A stretch of DNA of 43,429 bases, taken from contig JYFJ02003377.1 in the NCBI GenBank assembly GCA_000934665.2, positions 1 to 43,429 on the forward strand, read 5' to 3'. The notes under the pieces are model-generated. The model was given only the letters and a program-made list of their open reading frames with translations, had not been told where the DNA came from and searched no databases. The DNA is from Catajapyx aquilonaris. Lineage: Eukaryota. Positions 1-12,477 of the stretch are shown in pieces (within the stretch, counting starts at the first letter, position 1; each line of letters opens with the position of its first letter). Both the position numbers and the translations under genes were made by a program.

Positions 1-110
1 GCACTGCACCTTGCACATCCCCCCTCAGTCCCCCTGCCCGTAGGACCGGGCGCTTCTAACATGGCCTCCCCGAATACCCCGTAAGGGGTGGCAAGGGGTA
101 TTACAAAAAA
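1..110 (+). mobile_element. 3' end of tRNA-derived SINE (family A), cut by window edge
   Basis: gcactgcaccttgcacatcccc...tgcccg matches the core of the copies at 756-1091, 20600-20983 and 37097-37312; ends in an A-run. Confidence 0.65.
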
Positions 111-599
111 GCACTTTATTGGTTATACTATACAATGCAACACGAGAGGAATGAGGTACAAAAGAAGACGCTCTGGTTGTCTATTGGGTCGATTGGTAAA
201 TATTCATCTGCCGTTTAAGCCAACATCGACCTAATCAGACAGGTGAGTAGCATGGAAAAAGGGGAAGTTAAAGTTGGATAATGTTTTTACAGTATACCCT
301 ACTCGCTTTGATGAGATGGGCGTAGTCATTTTCTCTCATTTTTCTTCCTCTCCCTCCTCCCACTTGTCATCAGGCTGCATGGCCCAAGAAGTCGAGCATT
401 CGCAATCACGGTATTATGCTTATGAAGAAACCTATTCCAATTGCCTATTACAGACTGTTAGAGAGAGTTAGATAGTAATCGGCCTAGACTGGAGTAATTG
501 ACTTGGGAGTTTAAAAAAAGTTCATGCAAGATATATTCGGGAGCCATGAGGGACATGTTCATTATTAACGAACTGACCGCACAATGTATACAGCATATT

Positions 600-1091
<492 letters not shown>

Positions 1092-1503
1092 TACGCAATG
1101 TGTATATAGTAATAAAACTAGGAAATAATATCGGAAATTCCGCCTCCGCCTATGAAACGTTTGCCAATCTTCCCAATAATAACTAAAGCTTCATGCTAAT
1201 CTCCCAGGGTGGCATACCCATTAAATCTAAATCAGTGTTACACAATGGGCACTTGACAATAATGAGACCCGTCAAAATATGCTAGGTCATTGGTACCGTA
1301 GTATGTCATACCACACTTGGATCATGACATCCATGACAACATCTACGGGTAGGCCTATTTTCGTAGTAAAGAGAAGTGGTGCATAAAAATCTTCCCATGT
1401 TTTAAAAATATTAAACTATGTTCATTACAGGAAAGGTAGACCTATTAGTTTGAAATAGGCCTACATAACTAAAATACGTGTCATTCCCTTACTTCATTTT
1501 ATA

Positions 1504-1906
1504 CTTTTTCTCATCATCGAAAAAAAGTCATTATAGAACGGCTCTGTTAGCTAGCTAGCTGTTAGATAGCTGCAAACGGTTTTGGGATTCTCAGAGTGAC
1601 CAAAACAGGTGTCATGGTCAACTTTCGGTGAACCGCCACTTCCGGTTTTCCGGGTTCACTCTATCCACACAAGTCTACTTTACGGGCGGGTTATCGTTGG
1701 ATTTCGAAATTAGTTTCCCTGGGTTCCTGACCAAGTGTGCCGAGGATTCACCCTGCGTTTTACTTGGCGCTCTGGAACAGGGGCTGTGGAATTAATTCCT
1801 GAAGTTATACCGGTTTACGATGATGCAATTCCTCGGCTGTTTCATACTTGAAAGACTGAGAAAAAGTCTACTGTAATCACGTTCACGTGATTTTCCAATC
1901 TTGTTT
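1504..1906. repeat. Dispersed repeat, copy 1 (paralog at 37494-37889)
   Basis: Shared colinear blocks tcatcatcgaaaaaaagtc, gcaaacggtttt, aggtgtcatgg, ccgccacttccggttttccg, gtttcatacttga...gagaaaaagt...ccaatcttgttt. Confidence 0.8.
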
Positions 1907-1948
1907 AGAAGGTACGTACATTTATCACCAAACATTCACGCGTATTAA

Positions 1949-2110
1949 AGATGCGTTTACATGTGAGAGATTTGACGAGCGAAATCTTCGCCGAGGCTGA
2001 AATTAACAATCGATTTTCGCCTCAAACAATATTGGTTACTTGGCGTACTCGGCCTCGGCGAAGACTTCGCTCCACTTCGCTCGTCGAACCGCTCACCTGT
2101 AAACGCACCT
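1949..2110. mobile_element. Small palindromic MITE, PIF/Harbinger-like
   Basis: Inverted arms agatgcgtttacatgtgag..gacgagcgaa / ttcgctcgtc..ctcacctgtaaacgcacct, with TAA on both flanks. Confidence 0.65.
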
Positions 2111-3561
2111 TAATACACAACACGTTCACAACATGAAGGAAAATTTTGGAGGCGTCACACGTAATCTGAGATTATCTCTAATTTTCTTATAAACAACTAG
2201 TCCTCAATGTCATCGACAGTCCTGCTCATATACAGGGTGTGTAAACTTATTTGTCCGAACAATTATAGGAAATATTGCACTAAGCTGCTTATTTTTTAGC
2301 AGTGACTTGCAACCAGTGATGCTTCCCTGGCTTTATCAGTTGAGGGATGTGCCAGAAATGTTGGGGCATATTCTGGCTACATAGCTAGAAGATACATAGG
2401 CTTTTCCGATAACTGTTCGGACAAAAAAGTTGCGACGCCCTGTATGCCCTGAAGAGAGGCCATGAAGGTCAGTCATAACTTCACTCAACCTAGCTTCCTG
2501 ACTCACCTCTTTCCAAGGCCTAGATGGACAGGTCCGATGCTGACATTCAATGTTGAAATAACATTGCAACGAGGTTAGATAGCCAGTAGAAGCTGGGTAA
2601 GTGGCATACCTGCGAAGCCAACTTCCGCGCCGATGCCCGCGCCGCGCCGCCCTCTCCCTCCCTGACTACCAAGCTCCCCCCAGGCCACTTGCCTGCCTCT
2701 TCTCTTCACCCGCATCCTCGCACTCTATAGCCCGAATGCCAATAGGAATCCCGAATAGCGTGGCCAGAGTATTCAATTGCCGTCTTTCTACCACAAATAC
2801 AACTCACACAAACTCTTCAATGGAAGGCTCTACACATGGCGCCTGGATGTCTCGCGCTCTAACCCCCCATAAAGGGAGTACAGTGAAACTTCCATCTATC
2901 ATTCCTGGATGTATCGTTTTCCTGGATCCATCGTTCAATTTCTATGGCCCAGGAACATAATTATCGGCTGTACTTGCTCTTACTGGCGTGCGGGAGGCGG
3001 GAGGGTAGTAGTCGGTGGGGGCAGCAGACTGTGTCGCTAATATAGGTCTGTATCCGCAAGGAAGGAAGGTTAGGTATGGTTAGATAGGGTTGGGTTGGTA
3101 CAGTATACCCCCTTCCAAAATAAAAAAAAATCAATCTGCATTTGCGACATAGCCAAGCTGCCCCCAGCCACCACTCCCCCTCAGCTTCCCGCACGCCCGG
3201 TAAGAGCAAGGCCTTCCTAATCATCATCTTTAAACAATGAGAATTAAACTCGCATCCATCGTTCTTCGATTTATCGCATTTTATGTATCATTTATAATAA
3301 TTATTAGACCCGAACAGTGTGAATCCCGGATTGATCGTTTTTAAGAAATAAGAAAACCACACGCACACATAAATGTTAGAACGCATCGGTAGTAATAACA
3401 GCTGTTAATGCCTCTGGAACGGGGTGTAGAAAGTAATTTATTAGCATTTTGGACTGCATAAAGTTAGCTGTGCGACGTGGCACCACCGCATCTTGCATAT
3501 GCACAGCTATAGTATATAAAATAAGTTTTGTACAGTATAGTTGTGCAAGTATGGTTAACAT

Positions 3562-4151
3562 GAGTAAAACTTCTATAAGTCGAACTTCCCCAACTCGAAG
3601 TTCTCTACAAGTCGAAGAAAATGACGAGCTTGGTTGGTCACAATGTAAAATAATAGGAAATAAACTTCCCTAACTCGAATTTCTATAACTCGAAGTTCTC
3701 CATAACTCGAAGTGCAGGCAGGGCCTTACGATGGGATATCAATGCATTTTCAGTCTCCCTAAGTCCAAGTTCATGTTGGCGAGTACGGGAAATTTTCTCA
3801 TTTCCCAGCCGAAGGGTCGAGAGTAGGCCACATGTACAGAAAGGCTCAATGTCCTGATCTCCGTCTACCAGACGTACCGAAAGAAGTGTTTGACTCAATT
3901 GTGACAATTGAATCCTTGAAACTTAAGAGTATGCAAATGTCCGTAACGGAGATTTTTTGTACAACAAAACAACGAGGAACATTGTAAGTGTGATAGTGAC
4001 AGTTATTTTTAAGTTTTGAACATCTTTCGTCGCTGGATATAAAGGTAGGCTTCCTTATAGAGTTATGTGCTTAAAAATTCCAAACTCCTCTAACTCGAAT
4101 CTTCTATAACTCGAAGTTTTTTCCGGTCCCATGGAGATTCGACTTATACTG
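3562..4151. mobile_element. pogo/Tigger-like MITE (degraded ends)
   Basis: Left agtaaaacttctataagtcgaa, right ttcgacttatactg-TA, many subterminal ataactcgaa repeats. Confidence 0.65.
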
Positions 4152-4189
4152 TATTTTTTATTGTATGTTTTACTGTATTGAAAAATTTA

Positions 4190-4322
4190 ATTATTATTAT
4201 TTTTTTATTATTTTATTATTATTATTATTTTTGTATTATTTTATTATTATTATTATTATTTTATTTTATTATTATTATTTTATTATTTTTATTTTATTAT
4301 TATTATTTTATTATTATTATTT
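4190..4322. repeat. Degenerate (ATT)n/(ATTTT)n low-complexity tract
   Basis: Read directly. Confidence 0.9.
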
Positions 4323-5344
4323 AATGTATTGAATTTTACTGTATTGGGAAAAGAAAATAAATGTATGCAACTGGCCAATATAATAGCCTATATTTACATT
4401 ACTAGGCTATTTATGCAGGCTACAGTATAATAATTACATCTCGGAATGCGCAATATAATACGTCACCCTTTTTACAGTGAAGTCATGGCGGTAAATATAC
4501 TATCGTGGTAAGTATAAAACTTTTAATTACTTATAAGTAAAAATCATAAAAAGTATGACACCTAAATATACGTAGAAGAGTATTACGAGGCAATCTCCAA
4601 ATGTTACAAACTGCAAGCCATAAAATTAAGGTAATCCCTTCTCGAAACAAGCTGAAAGCATAAGTCTGCTCAGTCCCAATCGCGATGATAAAATCCGCCA
4701 ATAGCTGCTGAGAATACCATTGGCCAATTTCACATTTTAGATGAGGACATGTTTGTATGGGGAGAGCTGCAGCACTCTCATCTCCCGATTCAAATTTAAT
4801 TGGTACCGATGATGGGCGGTATAGTGGGCACCAACCATTCAGAGATGCACAAATAGAGCCCTGAAATTCTTGCCTGGTGATTAGGATGGAAATGGTAGGA
4901 ATTCCCCAATTGATAAGCCTCTTCTGCGGATCTAATTACCCAATTAAAGGTGGTGAGTTCCTCAGATGTTTGAAGTGCAGCAAACCTCCCCTCTTCGTCG
5001 AGACGAATGGACTACTGGGCTCATTTTCTTATGCCTTTGGTCGTGGAAAGTGGGATGGGGGGGGGGGCAAGGGAGCGGGGAGGATGGGAGGAAGAGAGGG
5101 AATTAATAGAAAAGAAGAGCCGGCTTCTTCTCATCTCATTCAAGGTGTTCGAGGTGGTAATTGGAGGAGATTAGAGACATGAAAGTCCACTGATGAGATC
5201 AGCTGCCTTTGCCACAAAGCATCTTTTTCTGAGCCGCATTATCGGTGGGAGGACGGATGGCATGCAGCAAAGGAAGGCTTTTTGCCCAAATGACCCTGTA
5301 TCATATAGCTCTCACAAGGGGATATAAGGAATTCAGATACTTAC

Positions 5345-5504
5345 ACATGACTCGTAGTGCCACTGGGTTACTGGGGCCTTGACCTTCGGCGTTTGTAGCT
5401 ACGCATTTGTAGAGACCACTGCTTGTTCGGCTCACACTCTGAAGAACCAGCGATTGATTGCTGAGGATGATTCCTGCTGTCACATTGTGTCGTAGCTCTC
5501 GACC
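5345..5504 (-). CDS. Sidestep-like gene, internal exon E (C-half of Ig domain)
   Basis: Acceptor ttttgtgatccccAG, donor GTAAGT, 160 nt; encodes GRELRHNVTAGIILSNQSLVLQSVSRTSSGLYKCVATNAEGQGPSNPVALRVM. Confidence 0.93.
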
Positions 5505-7596
5505 CTGGGGATCACAAAAAATAGTCCCTCCATATGTAACTGATGATATTCAGGTCACAAATAAGCGTGTCAGATATAGTCTACCTACAACTGAAGTGGG
5601 AGAAAATCAAGACTACGACATAAAATGAGCGCTTCAGCAAAATTCTAGAGTAGCCAACACTCCAAAGAGGCATAAAATGACGCCCCAGAACATACGTAAA
5701 CTGCTCCTTTTGGGATTGAACCAAATGACAGTTTGCTGCAGAACTGGAAGGTAAACCAAAATGGAAGCAAACATGTTGCAACACGAATGGTTAGAACAGG
5801 CAAGAGTAATTTGAGGTTTCTGCTTCCGAACAGATATATAAAAAGTGAGGCCAGAAGAGGCCCAGAACTCCAGGTGGCTTAAAGATCCCCTGGTCAACCC
5901 AGGAAACACCATGGTAAAGGAGCAGATGGGCCATTTCAAGCTTGCAATAGCCTTTGAACCACCTCCTATCCCGTGCCCCCTCAGACCAAACTTGGCTTTG
6001 CTGGGGGCGCCATAATTATCTGGGCGGTGGGGCAGACGGCCGGGGGAGGGGGGGGGGGNGGGGGGGCGTCATTGTCCCAAACCTCATTTTACGAGACGTA
6101 ATAATGTCCCAGAATGGATGCGGTGACCGCTTATTCAGTTAGTTGCACACAACAAGAAGGACCGTGGTAACGGTGTACTTGAAGGATTTAAGGGGACACC
6201 AAAGCGAAAACCAATCGGTAGGGGCGTCGGCTTGTGGGGTGGAGGAGACAATGACTCTGATTGCTTTGGATTCTCCGTTATCCAATAGGTAGTACAAATT
6301 CCATTCCGGAATTCAAAAGAGCTCATACGCTAACTTTGTCGCCAACTTATATAATCACATAATTGAAACACCTCCCACCCTCTAGAATCTAGACCCTGCA
6401 CCACCTACCTCACACCATTCATAGCCCCTTTACATTCACCCAAGTAATGGTGTGCCCAGAATCCCGCCTCCTGACGGCGTTGACTAGGGAACTACTTACA
6501 TTCACATCTGAACAGTTCTTTCTATCAAAGCATAATTTAATTGTAGCAGAAGCATTTGTGCTATAAAAATATAAGCATTCTAGTGATTTTCAAATTTATT
6601 GTTTAAAAAGGTTGTTATGAATAACAAGTCGTATTAATGCACGTGCACTACAAAAAAAGTTTAAAATTAACAGCAATAAATAGTCTAAGCAGATACTCAA
6701 TCTCTCCACATTACAGGCATCAATTATCTTGACTATTATGCGCCTGTCTATTATCTTCATCAGATTAATAACGGGCCCTATTTGGGTACATAAAAAAGTG
6801 ACACGGTGATAGTGAGGGATGTTGATTATTATCTGACTGGCAATCAATGAATTTTACGCCCCATTATCCTCTCAGGCCCCACGTGTTCATCCCTGTATTA
6901 AAGTCGAACTGCGGAACATCAATAGCGCTATTACTGTATGTCAGCAACAAAAAAAAGGATATAGTAAAGCATGCATAGAGAAAGGGCGAAATAAATTGCG
7001 AGGCAGCCTGGCGTGTTTGTATTCTGGAACGTGTCCCGAGATTTCAAACCAGGAATGAACAAGTGCCAAATTAGGTAAGAAGTTTGCGGAATATGCGAGG
7101 CACTTATCGCGCGGTGTTAATCACCCGAACCCCAACCACTACGGACTCTGTCAACATCGCATAACAAATTTCCGGATTTTCTAATCTCCTGAATTTACAT
7201 GAAGCCTCTCTTTCCTCTCTGCCAAAATTATTATACGTCCAATGGAACCAGCCCACTTCATCCATATGTAAACAATTCCCCTTGCCTTAATATGCACAAA
7301 AGTTGGGCCACCCGAATGAACACCGACTGCGATGAACTCATGTAGAAGTAAAAACGTGCAGCTCGCATTCGACAGTAGATACATTCATTTCTTTTTATGC
7401 CCCCATTCTTTTTTAATGCATGGCCAATCTCCTTTTTTTGTCTCCCAAGAACTGCAGAAAACTGTGGGCATTTTTCGCACTGGTGTTCAAATATTCTCTG
7501 CTGGGGTTTTACGCCTCTAGAAATCAATAGGCAGGCAAGTGACAGGTGAAGCGCAGGTGGGCTAGGTAGGTAGGTATAGGTAGGTGGTGGAAGGGT

Positions 7597-7599
<3 letters not shown>

Positions 7600-7651
<52 letters not shown>
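7600..7651. repeat. (GA)n microsatellite
   Basis: Read directly. Confidence 0.97.
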
Positions 7652-7656
<5 letters not shown>

Positions 7657-8004
7657 GGGGGTGGGAACCGAACCCTATTTTTAAATCGGCCAATTTCATT
7701 CTGCACGCCCTGAGATTATGCAGGGCGCTGATGCCAATTTGCGACAGCTCCAGGGCTTACGTTAATCGCAGAAACAGCCAGAGGGGATTTCACATTACAG
7801 GTGAACCATTGCTGTTAACTAAATAGAGAGACTTTCATGCCTGCCGATTCAACCGTCAATCCATCATTTTCATGTTTGTACGCTGCCGTCCAACTATGCC
7901 ACTGCCTACTATAAGTGTGCTAATCGAATCCAAGACCCAACTCTGATTGTCACATCACCCTGACGAGCACAAAGGAACACTCGTCTCTAATACTTTATAT
8001 CTGA

Positions 8005-8007
8005 ATA

Positions 8008-8073
<66 letters not shown>
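8005..8073. repeat. (AAT)n microsatellite
   Basis: Read directly. Confidence 0.97.
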
Positions 8074-9829
8074 GCTAACATTTTTGGAATGTAATTCTGA
8101 CGATTTTGATAGTGTGAAAAGAAGGAATTTCAAGTCCTTCAAGAAGGATTACTATAGATTATCGAGAATGAACTTTCTAAATATTGATCACTGAAGATAA
8201 ACAGCAAATGAATTACGCTTATCCATTTCCTAAAATTTTGTGCAAATTATTCGGGAAATATATAGGCTATGTTTGGATTATGACGTATAATTTCGTTAGC
8301 ATGTATTAGAATGATCTAGGATTTATAGGATTTATTAGGAATTAAGCCATGCATTGACCTTATTTAGGATACCTCCTGGACCTCGTACAATTACGAATTA
8401 GGCATTTAACTAGTATGTGCTTGAATACAACAGTTAATCGAAAACCGAATAGAAAATGAATGTAAATGAATATTACTTCTGTGACATTACATGACATCCG
8501 AGAAAAGCATTTAACATCCATATTAAATTATGAAGTCATTTTCCATGCTATTTAGCCTATATTTTATTCATAGAGACATACTCTGAAAAATCACCTTACA
8601 CTTACGTTACTAATCATTGTAAATGCAAACACTGACCACAGACACTTTCTCTGCGGTATCCTGGCCATGCCATGACAATCAGAGAAAGGTGAAAAGCGTA
8701 TTTCTTTTGAGCCCTTTAGAGGAGTTCCAATACTGTTCCATCTACCTCTTAAAGTTCCCTGTATGTTTGAAAGTGGTGTGACATCGAGCCAGATAGTCGA
8801 ATATAGAAACAAGGCGGAAAATAACAGCTGCCGCCATTGATATCACAACGGCGCGTTCGTGAGCGGATATCCGCCTATCACTTGTAAAAATGTGCGCCAC
8901 TTCCGATACTTTACGTTGCCGGGCATTTTCTCAACACAATCGAGTGAGGGTGGATGTTCAGCTGGAAAAATGGAAGAAATAGGACGCCCTCTCTGCCTCG
9001 TTTGCCATCTCCCATTAGCATCTTTCATTTCCAGCGGTTTCTGCACAGTCTCTCTCCGCGTCCGGGCCATATCACCGCTTCATAATTTCTTACAAACATA
9101 TTTTGGAAATAGAACCAACAAGAAAAATAGAGACTAGGTAACCTGGCAATCCCCTCTAGCCTCCAGCTGCCAAGAAACCATAGCCTGTCCTTCCCCATTG
9201 TTATGGCTCTTATCCATTATGCATAATTATTGTAATTACACACACAACACAAGGGCCCTATATAATTAATATGAATATGTAGGTTCTGCAGTATTAGCAA
9301 GTCATGGTTATAATTATTCCGTAGTTATTATGTTGAAAATACTGTACTGCAGTAGCGTACATGTGAAGCTGGCATATAATATTAAGTTATGCATCTGGTA
9401 ACTGCATGGTTTCTGCGCAATTATGTACTAATTAATTATAATGCCGAAGCGCTACTCCGCCAAAACAAATCAATTTGAACATGTTTGGTCTACGTCAGAA
9501 ATAAAATCGACAGCACAGTCCATGTCAAAATCTCTCTACTGGTATCAAACCAAATTTATCGCCAGTTCAATACCGCCACATTAAATTTAATCACCACTAT
9601 ACACGGCATGGAGCATCAACGACAGTCTACACGTGTAGAACAAATTGACGCATAATAACAAGTATCATATAAAACAACCTCATATCTCACAATGCAAATA
9701 TTTATAAATTGGGGCTTTCCGCAATGTCAAAGTTGCCAGTTTGCTCTTTCCCGATTAATGTCAAAAAATAAATTTTGCAACCTCCTGCTGGAATTCAAAA
9801 GTGGTCGTCGTCTTCGTCGTCGTGAGAGG

Positions 9830-9834
<5 letters not shown>

Positions 9835-9872
<38 letters not shown>
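9835..9872. repeat. (GA)n microsatellite
   Basis: Read directly. Confidence 0.95.
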
Positions 9873-9878
<6 letters not shown>

Positions 9879-11037
9879 TTAGGGCAGGCAGGCCTGTTTT
9901 ATATGCAGGCATAATTCGTGTGTCACAGCAAAGACGCCTATCCGAGAGCCCCATCACGAAAGTGTAGGGTGGAGAGGTGGGGAGGGGGGAGAGAAGAAAA
10001 AATGGCTATGATATTTCACAGTGGCAGGACGAAAATTACCCCAAATTTTGTCGATGGTGGCGGTTCTCGCAGTTGCATTCGTCGCATCCATTACTCCAAT
10101 CAATGTAGCCACGTCTTCCTGGCATGACAAATACACAGGGCCGGGACTTATGATTCCGGGATTTGCATGTGGGGGTGACGGGCGAGGAATAAAGATGCGA
10201 TAAATACCCCTGAGGAGGTGGAGGGGAGAAAGAGGGGGGGGGGGGGGGGGGNGGGGGAAGAAGATAGGGGGCGTAAACTGGGATGGAGCTTAAATTGCCC
10301 AAAATTGCCAACAGTCTTTCCGCGACATGGCCCCTGGCTCATTAGAGATAAATGTCACCGAAGGGAATATAGTGTGTATAGTCATTGGTTAAACAGATAT
10401 TGTTGCGCTATATTCACACTCCAGCTGAGAGGCTCGGTAGAATAATATCGCAGCCAAATCTTCTTTTCATATATTATATTAGTTTCCGGAAACATTGATA
10501 ACGGCAGCTCTCGCTATGCTGACAAAGTTGAGTTATCCGACCCTCGGAGCTGTCAAAAATATTGAGCACTTCCCGACGCGGCAGCCGGTTTTTGCACAAG
10601 AAACAGACTATACATTCCTCTTCCTCGGAATAAAATTATCCCCAGCTCGTCCAAAAAGAGCGCGCCATCCAGGAGTAGGGAAGGAAGGCGTGACTGCTCA
10701 GCAACGCATGACTAAGGCCGATGGGAAGGCATGCACGAGGCTTGCCGCGGTCATAGATAGTGCTGGTGGTCAACTTAGGGGACTAGGGCTACGGAATTTC
10801 AACTCTACACCTGCACGTAGGTAGTGGTTGCCAGTGCAAGCTTTTCATAGAGCAAGGTACACAAATGGATACCTTTTGAAAGCAGTTTAACTTCAGTGTT
10901 GGAAGTGCATACGGTAGCCTACATCATGGGGCAATTCTAAAACTGTGAGATAGATTTTCATAGTCCAAATAGTTGAGTCTTTACGAGACTATGACAAAAT
11001 GAAGCATATGTACTGCAACATGAATGAGTAAGGACTA

Positions 11038-11135
11038 TAACAACAACAACAACAACAACAACAATATTATTAACAATAATAACAATAATAATCATAATAA
11101 TGACAATAATAATGATAATGATAATGATAATAATA
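11038..11135. repeat. Mixed (AAC)/(AAT)/(GAT) low-complexity tract just past the exon D donor
   Basis: Read directly. Confidence 0.85.
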
Positions 11136-11198
11136 TAGATAAATACACATACAAAGAAGCATAAACAGGAAAACTCATTTTGGTATGTAAAAACTTAC

Positions 11199-11329
11199 AT
11201 CATGGAACCAAGCCATTTTGTAGACGGTGGGATTGGCCCGAATGTGACACTCGAAATAAACGTCGTCTCCTTCCTTGATGTCCTCTGGATTCAGGCTGCT
11301 TCCCATGCGAAGGCTTACCACGGGCGTGT
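11199..11329 (-). CDS. Sidestep-like gene, internal exon D (N-half of Ig domain)
   Basis: Acceptor ttcttttccAG, donor GTAAGT, 131 nt; encodes (Y)TPVVSLRMGSSLNPEDIKEGDDVYFECHIRANPTVYKMAWFHD. Confidence 0.94.
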
Positions 11330-11835
11330 CTGGAAAAGAACACGGGCACTGGTGCCAACTGAGCCGAAACTGCAAAAGCGGAGAAACAAACTCCCAAATT
11401 GCACACGGATTCGTACCCGAGGGACGATTGGAATTTAAGTCGCTTGGGCTGGAATGCGAGATTTGAAGAGGTTATTCGTCTCAGTGTCATAAAATGTGAA
11501 AGGCTGGTCTCGCATGACAACTTTACGATCCGTTACTATGCATCGAAAACCCCCGAGAAAAATGTTGCAATCTAGTCTCTGTGCCACTTCGGCTTTAGTT
11601 TAGGCGAAACTGCACTTGGCATACCAGTAGTGCAAAAGTCCATTGCATTCAACCTTTGTGGACTCGGCTAGCTTCACTGCACCAGTACCCTAGTGCGTTA
11701 TTAAGTATTTTTACTCTGCTGCTAGGCTTACTGTATGAATAGTCAAAATGAAAGGTGAGGCAGGACTGTACGCTACAGGTTGGGCAAATAAAACCAAATA
11801 TATTGACCTCCTTCTCCCACTCCCATGAGGCTGAG

Positions 11836-11907
11836 AAGTCCCACCGAGAGTCGAACTCGGACCGCTGGACCCGAGAGCCCAGAGTGCTTCCGTTACACCA
11901 CGGGACC
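11836..11907 (-). pseudogene. tRNA-Gln-like sequence (pseudogene, SINE head or atypical tRNA)
   Basis: Minus strand GGTCCCGTGGTGTAACGGAAGCACTCTGGGCTCTCGGGTCCAGCGGTCCGAGTTCGACTCTCGGTGGGACTT folds as a cloverleaf and closely resembles metazoan tRNA-Gln, but the anticodon loop is 8 nt. Confidence 0.7.
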
Positions 11908-12128
11908 TTGTAGCCATTTGACTAATCCAAACTCATCATGTAGCTGGAACCAATTTCGTCCAATTAAATTGCTCATTAACAAGTGTGGAACTCCTGGAAA
12001 TAATGCAGGATCCCATCTCCTCTTTAGCGAGGTCTTTAAATGTTGTTTAGCCACTCTGAGACTTGGAGGTGAAAAAATAAGAAAGGAAGTGATTGGGTTG
12101 GTGTTCCTCTGATAATTATTTGGATCGC

Positions 12129-12130
<2 letters not shown>

Positions 12131-12168
<38 letters not shown>

Positions 12169-12477
12169 GCAGAAAAAGGCAGGGTCCCCTCCCATGCGAG
12201 GCCTCAAAGCGGACTAAAAGTGTTTCTCCGGAGCCAAATGGGGCTTAGATGGGAAATCTTCATTCGTGGGGGAGGGAAAGGGGGAGCCAAGCCCTCTGAG
12301 ATTAAGGTCTCCCCGCCGGGCTTAACGTCATCTTCGGGGAAGGATCCTGACGTTTCAACGGGTTTTACGCACTCGATGGAAAATTGTTAAGGTGGAGCTT
12401 TTCTTCCCAACACAGGCCTCTCTTGGGTACAGGCGTAGAACCTGGAATTACATATACTTTACCCACACCATTCCCGC
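12131..12477 (-). mobile_element. Probable degenerate SINE with (AAT)n tail
   Basis: Weak A/B boxes (TGGTGTGGGTAA, GGTTCTACGCC), central cccgaagatgacgttaagcc block, (AAT)n tail at 12131-12166. Confidence 0.4.

Noticed and set aside
6040..6066. Poly-G tracts as G-quadruplex elements (also near 10235, 26646 and 34551)
   Set aside because: Each contains an N, so run lengths are unreliable and may be sequencing or assembly artefacts.
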